Shown in pieces: positions 35,101-44,980 of a stretch of 64,000 bases of DNA (the stretch's first letter is position 1; each line of letters starts with the position of its first letter). The stretch is from Gekko japonicus (Eukaryota). The notes beneath the pieces are model-generated. The model searched no databases. It was not told where the DNA came from and saw only the letters and a program-made list of their open reading frames with translations. The position numbers and the translations under genes were made by a program. The stretch lies in assembly GCF_001447785.1 (NCBI RefSeq), contig NW_015175358.1, forward strand, positions 885,546 through 949,545, in the 5' to 3' direction.

Positions 35101-38100
35101 AGTACATGGGGAAAGAGGATAAAGAAAATCTAGAGAAAGCTCCTTAAAAAATCCCTCCCATCTATTTCAGTTCCCATCTATTTCATCTATTTCTCAGCCA
35201 AGTGCTTTAGTTTTCCCTTTTCCCTTTTCCCCTTTCTCATCAGTTCCTTTGTGGAACCACTGTTCCTTGAAAGATGAAGGTGCTATCACCTCTGCCATCT
35301 AAATCTTCATCTGCATTTCATCCTGAATTTGCATTTATTTTATTTATTTATTTAATTAATTTTATTTATACCCCGCCCTCCCCGCGAACGGGCTCAGGGT
35401 GGCTTACAGACGGCACAACAGTGCATATAATATATAAATTAGATAAAACAGGTAAAATTCAATATTATCAGATACAAGATAAAACTCCCCTATCTCTTAC
35501 AAGCAGAAGGGGAGGACTAGGGCCGTAGATGGATGTTACCTGGCCCTCCGGCGGTATCGCTCTTGTGCTGGAGCAGTGGTGGTAGTGGTAGTGGCAGTGG
35601 CGGCTCCTACTCGAAGGCCTGGCGGAAGAGCTCCATCTTACAGGCCCTGCGGAACTGCATGAGGTCCCGCAGGGCCCTGATCTCCTCTGGGAGCTCATTC
35701 CACCAGATAGGAGCCGCCACTGAAAAGGACTTGGCCCTCGTTGCCGCAAGCCTGGCCTCCTTGGGGCCCGGGGTCACCAGCCGGTGTTGTGACCCTGACC
35801 GAAGTGCTCTTTGGGGAATATGTGGGGAAATGCGGTCCCTCAGGTATGTTGGACCCTGGCCATGTAGGGCTTTAAAGGTAAGCACCAGCACTTTGCAGCG
35901 AATCCGGTATGCTATAGGGAGCCAGTGCTGCGCTTTCAGTACAGGTCGGGTGTGCTCCCACCTAGGGGCGCCCACCAGCAGCCTGGCCGCAGCATTCTGC
36001 ACCAGCTGTAGCTTCCGGATTTGCGACAGAGGCAGCCCCATGTAGAGAGCGTTACAGTAGTCTAACCTCGAGGTGACCGTCGCATGGATCACTGTGGCCA
36101 TGTCGTTGCGGTCGAGGAAAGGTACCAAATGCCATACCAGCCGAAGATGATAAAAGGCTGATCTGGCAGTGGCTGCCACCTGGGCCTCCATTGTTAAGGA
36201 GGGGTCCAGGAGCACTCCTAAACTCCTAACCTCCGAACCTGACACCAAAGGCGCCCCATCTAAGGTCGGAAGCAGGAGCCCTAACCTCGATCCGGTCCGA
36301 CTAAAGCACAGGACCTCTGTCTTCGCCGGGTTTAATTTCAGCCTGCTCTGTCTGAGCCACCCAGCCACGGCATGTAAAGCCCGGTGCAGATCTTCTGGGT
36401 TGGAGTCCGACTGGCCACCCAACATCAAATAGAGCTGGGTGTCATCTGCATATTGATGACACCCTAGCCCATACCTCCAGGCAATCTGGGCGAGGGGGCG
36501 CATATATATGTTAAACAGCATTGGGGAAAGCACCGCCCCCTGAGGCACCCCACATTCCAGTGGGTGCCTCTGGGACTAGCACTACCCTCTGTCCCCGACC
36601 TTGGAGAAATGAGGCAAGCCATTGAAGGGCAAGCTCCTGGATCCCCACGTTGACGAGGCGGCGGGACAGCAGCTGATGGTCAACCGTATCAAAAGCGGCC
36701 GACAGATCTAACAACAACAGCGCCGCCACACTGCCTCGATCCAGATACCTACGGAGGTCATCAGTCATGGCAACCAGTGCTGTCTCCGTCCCATATCCCG
36801 GGCGAAAACCAGACTGGAATGGGTCAAGGACAGAAGCGTCATCCAGATAGCCCTGCAGCTGAATCGCCACCCACTAGTCGCCACCCACTAGTGCCCTCAG
36901 TGCAAACAACATTCAATGAGTTGCAAAACCTACAGATCGCTTTTAAGCTTCCTTTACTCAGACAGAAAACATACACAAGGTTCCATTTAAGGCATCTTCG
37001 ATAAATAGCTTCCACGGAACTGATACTTGGGTACAGAACAAAATTGTAAATAAAACCAAAACAAAGTGTAACAGCAGTGCCAACTGAGCCTTCAACAACA
37101 TATTAAGCTAGTTATTGTGTGGATAACCAAAAACTGAAAGTGGGGGATACAGCAAAGGATCTTCTTGCCTTGAATTCACTCACCCTCTTAAGTCAGCTAT
37201 CAGAATTTGCCCTCCATTCCTGACATCAAATATTTTCACTGATCTGTCCGAGGAGCAGGTTGCCAACCGAGTGCCGTAATAATCCATCTGCGCATCATGC
37301 TGGAAAGTAGTTACAAAGCTTTCATGATTCCCTGTTAACTCTCATTTCACTCATACTAAGGGTTTTTTAAAAAAATCCTGATGTGTCAAATGACACCAGC
37401 TACAGTAGGATGGCAAAGGGTGGTTCATTAAAATAGATTATAGTTATTATTGCTATTATCATATGGCAGTGTGTGTAGGAAATCCTAAGATTGTCTGGCA
37501 GCCAGAAGTTCTAGCTCTTTTAGTGTTATGCACTACTAGGTGTCGAGCTAGACTTGTTTTTAAGGCAAAAGACATTCCAGAGGTGGTTTGCCACTGCCTG
37601 CCTCTACGTCACGACCCTGGTATTCCTTGGAGGTCACCCTTCCAAATATTATCCAAGGCCCACCCTGCTTAACTTCCGAGATCTGACGAGGTCAGGATAG
37701 CCTGTACTATCCAGGTCAGGGCATTGTTTATAGTATTTTATGGTAGAAGAATCTATAGGCTACACTACACTATGATGACAATCAGTACTGTAGCAGACTG
37801 TCCCACAAGACAAAATCTTAAGTAGGGATGACAACTGGGAAGACAAGCAAAACCAGGCTAGGGCCCCCAACTATCCTATCACCCCGTCTCCCATGGTCAG
37901 GGAGGGGGGTGTACTTGAAATTTGAAGTATTTTAGAATTATTACTGAGGAAATAATGTTTAATTCCCCCTTGTTGCTAGTTTTTAAAAAAACCACTGCAT
38001 TAGATACTATTTTGGTGGGGCATGGCCAGGCAGACAGCAGTAATGTAGAATACAGTGTAGAATCCGATAGTTTGCAGATAGACTGATGGTCAGAACAACC

Positions 38101-41100
38101 AAGCTACTCAGCAGTTATCCAGAAGGCACATATTGCTTGTTCTGACACCAGCTCATTACATGATATAAACACAGTGCTAAAGAACATCACTTATACAAGT
38201 CCAATTGATGCAAAGGACAACTCAGACCACAAATGCCAGTTATTTCAGTGCAGATGTTTCAAGTGGATTATGCCTTCTAGGTTTTTTTTAAAAAAAAAAT
38301 TATTTCCCCCACTATTTGAGTCAGCCCGGCTATTGTTATTCTTATACAGCAACAAGAAAGTCCAGTGACAATTTAAAGACTAACAAAAATTTATTCTAGC
38401 ATTAACTGGATAACTCAGCAGTTATCCAGAAGGCACATATCGCTTGTTCTGACACCAGCTCATTACATGATATAAACACAGTGCTAAAGAACATCACTTA
38501 TACAAGTCCAATTGATGCAAAGGACAACTCAGACCACAAATGCCAGTTATTTCAGTGCAGATGTTTCAAGTGGATTATGCCTTCTAGGTTTTAAAAATAA
38601 AATAAAATATTTCCCCCACTATTTGAGTCAGCCCGGCTATTGTTATTCTTATACAGCAACAAGAAAGTCCAGTGACAATTTAAAGACTAACAAAAATTTA
38701 TTCTAGCATTAGCATTTGTGTGTCAGAGTTTACTTCATCAGATGCCTGGAGGGTATATCCATAGCAGCAGTTAATAGTTTAATTCTCCTCCTCCAACATG
38801 CTCCTGGTTTATAAGAAATGGAGAAAAGTTACTAGAGCCCGTCCCAGATCTTTAAACAGTTCTGGCTTATAGATGCAAAAAAAATTCAAAGAGGCAGAAA
38901 ACCTCTGAATAGCAGTGGCAGGAGAAAACATTAGGCCTCTCCTTTTGTTCTTAAATACATAGAGATCCAAAGCCCCCTAGTAGACAATGGATGGCTCTAA
39001 GGGTGCTCATCAATTCACACTCTGCTTCTTAGAATCAACCAAGACATCCCTCCCTCTGAAAACACACACAGCACCACTGCTATTTCTCCTCTCTTCCTTC
39101 ATAGTGGCAAGGAGTACTTGGCAGACAGGTATTTTAAGGGTCATACACATTATAAATTCCACACTTTTAAGGGAGAAAAAATTCTTATGGGGGGGGGACA
39201 TATATCGGATACTTACTATCATGTCCTCATGGGAGGTATCCACTGTATTAATCACAGACACCTAATAATAAAATACTTTGTTAGAAATTGTGAAATCAGT
39301 TAACAGACTCCACACCAGTGTTCCCTCTAAGATGAGTTAGTGTAAGCTAGTTCAGTTTTTTAGCCTCTGGCTCTCACATTTTTGTTTTAGCTCGGGAAGG
39401 ATGGCTCCACGGCAAACTAATTTATGCAGTAGCCAAACGCTCTCTCACAACTTTAATGCCAGTAGCTCACAAAGTAGAATTTTTGCTCACAAGACTCCAC
39501 AGTTTAGAGGGAACATTGCTCCACACCAAGATTTTAATCTAGTGGTAAATTGAGTCATCATATTTTGTTTAAAAACTTTACATATGGCACCTGACTGTGA
39601 GGGAAAGAAAGATGTTAAAGTTGGTACATCTTTGATCAGATCTAGTATTATCTTCATGTTTTTATTCTGCTGCTGCTACAGTTCTTAATTCTAGATCTTC
39701 CTCATTTACCATTACTTCTGGCATCCCAGTAATAATGCCACTCGTTCTAAATGTAAATTATACCATCTGTAATATCTTTAATCAAAAGAACACATATCTT
39801 CTTTGCTTTGCAAATCAGTACAGGACAAGCTATCCCAGGGCAAATGCAGGCAGCAGAGAAGACACCTCAGTAGTGCATAAGGGGCAAGAGACCACTCAAT
39901 GATCCTTAGTGCAAGCAGCAGGGGTCGTTTCGTAGAAAAAGAGCTAGGGGAACTCATTAGCATAACTTATTAGCATATGCTACACCCCCTGGCATCACCG
40001 GAAGTGTGTCATAAGGCCACACCCCTGACATCACCGGAAGTGTGTCATAAGGCCACACACCCCGCCCCCAACAGTCCCGGCCGCCGCCGGCCTTGCAGCT
40101 CCACTGCCGAGCCCCATGAGGGGCCCGGCGGTGGACCTGCAAGGCCGGCGGGAGTGCAAGGAAGCCCCGCAAAGGCCCTCCCTGGCCCCAGGCAGGCAGG
40201 GGTGGGGAGAGGCAGGGAGGAAGCAACTTACCCTCCCTCTTCTCCTGCCTCCTCCTGGCTGAATGAGGGCCGGAAGCGGGGCGGCCGGAACCAGGGGACG
40301 GGGCTTCGTCATGTGCCCCGCCCCACGTACCTCACCCAGGGGAACTCCCCCGCGATCCCCCCCGAAATGACCTCTGGCAAGCAGAGCTGCTTATCTTCCA
40401 CCTGCCATGCTGGCTTGTTTGAAACAGTTAATATTAACAAACTGTAGAGCATTATATTTTCCCACAATATATCTTTAAACATCCTGCACTGTTTTAAAGG
40501 CAGATGGATAAAGTCTTTAGTTATTTGTAACTGGGAGGAGTGAATACAGAGAATCCTTGGTATATGAGGAACATTTTCATCTATTGACCAGTGAAGAGAA
40601 AGCAGGGTTGCCAGCTGTTGTTTGGGAAATTCCTGGAAACTTTGGGGGTGGAGCCTAGGGAGGGAAGTTTTGGTGAAGGGGAGGGACTTCAGTGGAGTGT
40701 AATGCCATAGAGTCTACCTTCCAAAGCAGCCATTTTCTCCAGGAGAAATTATTTCTGTTACCTGGAGACCAGTTGTAATTCTGAGAAACCTCCAGCCACC
40801 ACCTGGAGACTGGCAACCCTAAGAGAACGAGATAGAGGTACAAGAGCATTCCTGTCTTCACTTGTGAAATGTTGGAGAGGGCATGTTGACGTGGCTATGC
40901 TGGCCAGGTTTAGGAAAAGGGCAGAGGTTGGAAATGGGCATGCATGGAGAATTTGCAACTATGGGGGGGGGGGGAGTAATCCAGTCCCCTTTACAGAGAA
41001 TTAATGTGCAGATTGCAGAAACAGGCAGCTGAAGCTTTTGATGGCCTGGAGGTTGGTAACCTCATCTGGTAAATACGATCTTATTACGCCTCTATTAAAG

Positions 41101-41373
41101 GAGCTGGACATTTTTCCCCTCTCCGGGCTCCTGGCAACCCTACTTGCTTTGATCCAGCCAAGGAACGCTTATGTGGTTAGGAGGACCCTTGCCGACTAGA
41201 TAGCCCCAGGAAAAGGGGTGTGAGAATCTGCGTCGCCGGGAGCAGCCCTACAAGGTAGGTAAAGTGCTACGCGAAAAGTTTCCGCCCCCGGGGACTCCCT
41301 CATCTAGATACCCGAACAAGCTGTACGCATTTCAATAATGGCCCTTCCCAGCCTCCCCCCCCGTTCTCACCAT
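26081..41373 (-). CDS. SEC13: Protein SEC13 homolog (WD40; COPII / Nup107-160 / GATOR2), spliced CDS 963 nt / 320 aa
   Basis: Exons 41373-41371, 39261-39217, 37299-37184, 34159-34008, 32683-32550, 31134-31001, 29107-28987, 27795-27649, 26191-26081; [40 protein letters not shown]...ITEGQQNEQ*; all GT-AG and in phase. Confidence 0.98.
27649..27795 (-). CDS. SEC13: SEC13 exon 8 ([11 protein letters not shown]...SGGDNK)
   Basis: 147 nt, tag / gtgagt. Confidence 0.97.
28987..29107 (-). CDS. SEC13: SEC13 exon 7 ([26 protein letters not shown]...SCSQ)
   Basis: 121 nt, cag / gtaagg. Confidence 0.96.
29520..29850. mobile_element. hAT (Charlie-like) MITE
   Basis: TIR CAGGGGTGTCAAAC / GTTTGATACCTCTG; perfect TSD CTCTAAAG. 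Confidence 0.88.
30590..30796. mobile_element. hAT MITE (TIR CAGTGTTCCCTCTAA)
   Basis: TSD ATGTCAAC/ATGTTAAC; second copy at 39316-39518; longer relative at ~11430-12632. Confidence 0.85.
31001..31134 (-). CDS. SEC13: SEC13 exon 6 ([15 protein letters not shown]...[11 protein letters not shown])
   Basis: 134 nt, tag / gtaagt. Confidence 0.97.
32048..32534 (+). mobile_element. Non-autonomous Helitron
   Basis: A|TC...TATAATAAAG 5' end; subterminal hairpin GCCCGTTGC...GCAATGGGC (32495-32522); CTAG|T 3' end; no TSD; GC-rich interior. Confidence 0.75.
32550..32683 (-). CDS. SEC13: SEC13 exon 5 ([22 protein letters not shown]...AHT)
   Basis: 134 nt, cag / gtaagt. Confidence 0.97.
34008..34159 (-). 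CDS. SEC13: SEC13 exon 4 ([16 protein letters not shown]...HDSS)
   Basis: 152 nt, tag / gtatgg. Confidence 0.97.
34658..35061. mobile_element. hAT non-autonomous element (TIR CAGGGGTC), cargo type B
   Basis: Perfect TSD CTAACCAA; right ~100 nt shared with the 39919/48656 elements, interior different. Confidence 0.85.
35333..36870 (-). mobile_element. L2-clade LINE, 5'-truncated RT region
   Basis: [60 protein letters not shown]; (TAAA)n tail. Confidence 0.93.
37184..37299 (-). CDS. SEC13: SEC13 exon 3 ([39 protein letters not shown])
   Basis: 116 nt, cag / gtgagt. Confidence 0.97.
37520..37722 (-). mobile_element. 5S rRNA-derived SINE
   Basis: Minus strand GATCTCGGAAGTTAAGCAGGGTGGGCCTTGG...GGAATACC resembles the 5S internal control region, followed by an RTE/BovB-type tail GGCAAACCACCTCTG. 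Confidence 0.7.
38106..38711. repeat. Tandem duplication of a ~300-bp unit (period 307)
   Basis: ACTCAGCAGTTATCCAG...TTATTCTAGCATTA occurs at 38106 and 38413 with few differences. Confidence 0.93.
39217..39261 (-). CDS. SEC13: SEC13 exon 2 ([15 protein letters not shown])
   Basis: 45 nt, tag / gtaagt. Confidence 0.97.
39316..39518. mobile_element. hAT MITE (TIR CAGTGTTCCCTCTAA)
   Basis: Perfect TSD CTCCACAC. Confidence 0.88.
39919..40376 (-). mobile_element. hAT non-autonomous element with CpG-rich cargo (SEC13 intron 1)
   Basis: TIR CAGGGGTCGTTTCG / CGAAATGACCTCTG; perfect TSD GCAAGCAG. Confidence 0.88.
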
Positions 41374-41830
41374 GGCGACCACAGATTGTTCTCGGCGGCA
41401 CCGACCCCAGTTGCACGAGCTGGTCTCCCGGCTATTCTCAGACGTGGCAAATCGCCTTAGAGCTCCGCGTACTACAGCGAAATTTTCCCGGCCGGCATTA
41501 TACCAATGCAGAAAGGTTCCGCGTGCTGCTCGGGCCCGGTTTTTTCCGTGAGGTGTCTCAAGGCCTCTCGCTCCTGTCACCAGTTGCTTTGCTCCAGCGT
41601 AACTTCGATCCCTATCTGGAAAAGTGTGCCTTGCACACGAAAGCTCGTACCTTGGATAAACCTTTGTTGGTCTTAAAGGTGCCGCTGGACTCTAAATTTG
41701 TTCTACTGCTTCAGACCAACACGGCCGACCACCTGGATCTTCGATCCCTACTGTTATCACAGGATTACAGGCCACTGAATTGATTCGCTCTTCAGCCCAG
41801 CTCCTGCGCGGATATTGTGGCGCTGACGGG
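41200..41830 (-). promoter_or_regulatory. SEC13: SEC13 CpG-island promoter
   Basis: CpG-rich stretch around the ATG exon; CCAAT ~41503, E2F-like TTTTCCCGG ~41483. Confidence 0.65.
41371..41373 (-). CDS. SEC13: SEC13 exon 1 (ATG only)
   Basis: GTCGCCATG|GTGAGA in a CpG island. Confidence 0.85.
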
Positions 41831-42329
41831 TTTCTGTAAGCTTGGTGTGCTAATGGCTCTTCAGTCAAAACTTTGAGCTCTTCTGCCTCAGTCTCACTTT
41901 TTATTTTGTAAAATTAAAATATTTGTATGTCACACTTCTAGATCAGCCTTGCTCCAAAGAACTGGAGCAAGGACTTCACAGTAATACACATGGGTTTGCT
42001 GCCCTTTGACCTGCAAAAAGTTTGAAATAAGTGGATTGCCGAAAGGCAAGTTGATGGTCTTAATAAAAACGAATGTTTTTGCAGCCTCCACCACTGTTTT
42101 GGTTTATGGGTCATTTTTGGAACAAGCCTAAACAGGTCTACTCAGAAAAAAATCCCGTTTTAGTCAATGAGGCTTACTCTGAGAAACGTGCTCTTTGGAT
42201 TGCAGCCTTAGAGAAGTAACCACTTATTTCTCCTCCTCCTATAGTGTAAAGTTATTGTTAAAGCTGGTAAACATAATCACAACTACTGATGAAAGTTAAA
42301 GAAGAAAGTGTCAAAGCAGGATTACAGCT

Positions 42330-43015
42330 GAACATAAAAAAGACAAATTTAACGACCGCTGGGGAATTATACAATTTTTAAGACTGACAATGAAGAAATT
42401 GAAATTGTTAAAAGATTTTCTGTTCCCTGGCTCTTTCATTGACCAAAGGGGACACTGCAACCAAGAAACTAGAAGGTGATTAAGACTGAGGAGGGCAGCC
42501 ATGACGGAGCTAGAAAAGATCCTTAAATGTAAGGATGTATCGCTGGCAACCAAGATCAAGATAATTCATATTATGGTATTCCCCATTACAATTTATGGGT
42601 GTGAAAATTGAACAGTGAAGAAAGTTTATAGGTTAGAGAGTTGATTCCTTTGAAATGCAATGTTGGAAGAGAATTGTATGGATTCCATGGATCAGCAAAA
42701 AGACAAATAAAAGGGTTCTAGATCAAATGAAGCTTGAATTATCCTAAGAAGCTAAAATAACCAAACTGTGGCTATTGTACTTTGGGCATATTATCAGAAG
42801 ACAAGAGTCACTGGAAAAAACAATGCTAGCAAAAATGGAAGGCAGCAGGAAAAGAGGGAGACCCAACATGCCATGGATTGACTCAGTCAAGAAAGCCACA
42901 GCTCTCAGTTTGCAAGACCTGAGCAAGAAAGTCAAGGATAAGACATTTGGAGGTCTTTAATTCATAGGGTTGCCATAAGTAGGAACTGAAGCGACCTGAT
43001 AGCACTTAACACATA
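42330..43015 (+). mobile_element. RTE/BovB-like LINE 3' fragment
   Basis: YFGHIIRRQESLEKT and EGSRKRGRP..WIDS motifs; related fragments at ~7395-7610 and ~53650-53970 (minus). Confidence 0.8.
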
Positions 43016-43586
43016 CACAGGAACAGTTGTGTAAAAAAAGTGATTTGATACTTTTCCTTAATGCTTCAAAATTTGTTTTTTTGTTCTTTTCCATTATTAT
43101 TTTTATTTGTATCTTTTTCTTTGCCTTGTGTCACATTTAACTAAAAAACTCAAATATCATCATAGAAGCAGCAGCTTATATTTCATCGTTTAATTGGATG
43201 GACTGAACTGTACTCAGATAACCCTCTATAACCCTTTTTTCAAATTCAGAATAAATGACTCCGTAATGCTTTCCAAACTCTTATTAAATATTTTCTTATT
43301 GAGTCAATTTGCTACCAAAGTTCACCCAAACAACTTTAATGTTACTGCTAAAGATATCTTTGTATGTAACAAGGTTTTATACTGTAGATACTTGGTCTTG
43401 TTGTGTGTGAGTGGTATTGAGTCTGTAAATCAGATGTCAGATGGTTGTTGCTTATCCTATCCCTACCCAAGGAATAGGATGGCTGGAGCTGTTGTTTGCA
43501 GTCTTTAACTGTTCCTGGTTTGGCAGTTTTAAATTTCAATGACAGCGAAATCCTGTAGTGCCACTGTTAAATACATGTCATACTGA

Positions 43587-43805
43587 TAGGGTTGCCAAGT
43601 CTGGGTTGGAAAATACCTGGAGACTTTGGGGGTGGAGCCAGGAGAGGGCGTGGTTTGGGGAGGAGAGAGGCCTCAACATAATACAATGCCATAGAGTCCA
43701 CCCTTCAAAGTATCAATTTTCTCCAGGGGAGCTAATCTCTGTCGGCTGGGGATCAGTTGTAAAAGCGGGAGATCCCCAGGCCCCACCTGGAGGCTGGCAA
43801 CCCTA
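43587..43805. mobile_element. hAT MITE (TIR TAGGGTTGCCA)
   Basis: Perfect 8-bp TSD CATACTGA; family also at ~825, ~4480-4678, 21868-22126, ~40604-40821, ~46361-46558, 47366-47573. Confidence 0.88.
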
Positions 43806-44609
43806 CATACTGAAGAGGTAGTAGAATCCACTGACTTGTTCTGCCTCAGAAAAGTTTCTTAAAGAGCTATTATAAGGAAGTCTACTCAGAGTCATACTGA
43901 AGTCTACTCAGTGGGGCTTATTTCCAGGAAAGTGCTTTTAGGATTGCACTCTCTCTTTTCTGTTTGCACAATGGGGATAATGGTACTCTACAAAGAAAGG
44001 CTCTGGGTAAGGACAAAAGAACTTAACAGTGCTTCCCAAATGCCCGTTTAACAGCTTGTTCCTGTTAGATGCTGAGGCGTTTGTCACTCTTCAAAATCTG
44101 GTTGCAAAGTCTTTTTGAGCCAATTTCTTATAGAAATGTAAATGTGCGCTAAAACAAGGTCAGCTTTACTCCTGCAGTGACCCCAGTTAAGTTAAAAGTG
44201 CTACAAACAATGTAGCAACAATCACTCTTATCTTTTTTGGAAATCGTTATTAAAGATAAAAATTCCAGAGGGTTAGCGGTGTGTGACTGTTGCAGCAAAA
44301 GTTAGCAGTTCTTTTGAGGTATCCTAAAAACTAACAAAATTGTATTCCAGAACAAGACTTCTGTTTGTTCGCTATACAGACAAATCCCAATGACCCTCTA
44401 AACCTAGTTTTCATTCCAAATGGTCTCAGCATTAAAAGTGTTTTTATGCCGGTGCCTTTTTGTTTTTTAGATGATCATCCCTTGATTGCAGTGTGTGTTT
44501 GCAAGCACCTGCAGTTGTACTGCCGCAATAGCAAGGTAAGCCTCTGGGATGGAGTTAGAAGCACAATTGCTTCCTTCTCTTCCCTCGCCTGTAATTTGAG
44601 AGGCTGCAG

Positions 44610-44912
44610 ATGTCTGTCAGTAGGTGGCGCCCTTAGCTCGGCTCTAGCTCCGACCATAGGCTATATATATCCAATGATAACAGTACAGGGGCTCAGCTTT
44701 TCCAGCGACTTCTAACGGGGAGGGGGTGGGGGAGGGGGGAAAACACTACCCCTGTCTCACTGTGTCCCTCCTGTCGCCATATTCTCCATGCAGATCCCCA
44801 GCAGACAGAACCCCTGCTTAGGGCAGCAAGAAACTTCAGCTCTCCCATTGTTATTTTTTTAAGAAAGCAAGACAGTAGAGAAGAGATCGTCTTCCAGAAC
44901 CAGCTGTCCAAG
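44610..44912 (+). promoter_or_regulatory. CAND2: CAND2 proximal promoter / 5' UTR with CTCF-like site and TATA/MEF2-like AT element
   Basis: TGTCAGTAGGTGGCGCCC (44615-44632) fits the CTCF core; CTATATATAT (44661-44670); E-box CAGCTG at 44901. Confidence 0.5.
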
Positions 44913-44980
44913 ATGACTAACATATCCTATCACATTTCCAACCTCCTGGAGAAGATGACATCCACCGACAAAGATTTTAG
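44913..44980 (+). CDS. CAND2: CAND2 exon 1
   Basis: 68 nt, [23 protein letters not shown], donor AG|GTAGGA. Confidence 0.93.

Noticed and set aside
37600-37722. 5S rRNA gene
   Set aside because: Diverged, lacks authentic 5S ends and is fused to a LINE-type tail; it is a SINE.
39957-40447. Pro/Gly/Arg-rich ORFs duplicated at 48630-49036
   Set aside because: Arise from the GC-rich hAT cargo; no transposase or known-protein motif.
42330-43015. BovB horizontal transfer as a novel event
   Set aside because: RTE/BovB elements are already well known in squamates and this fragment is old and degraded.
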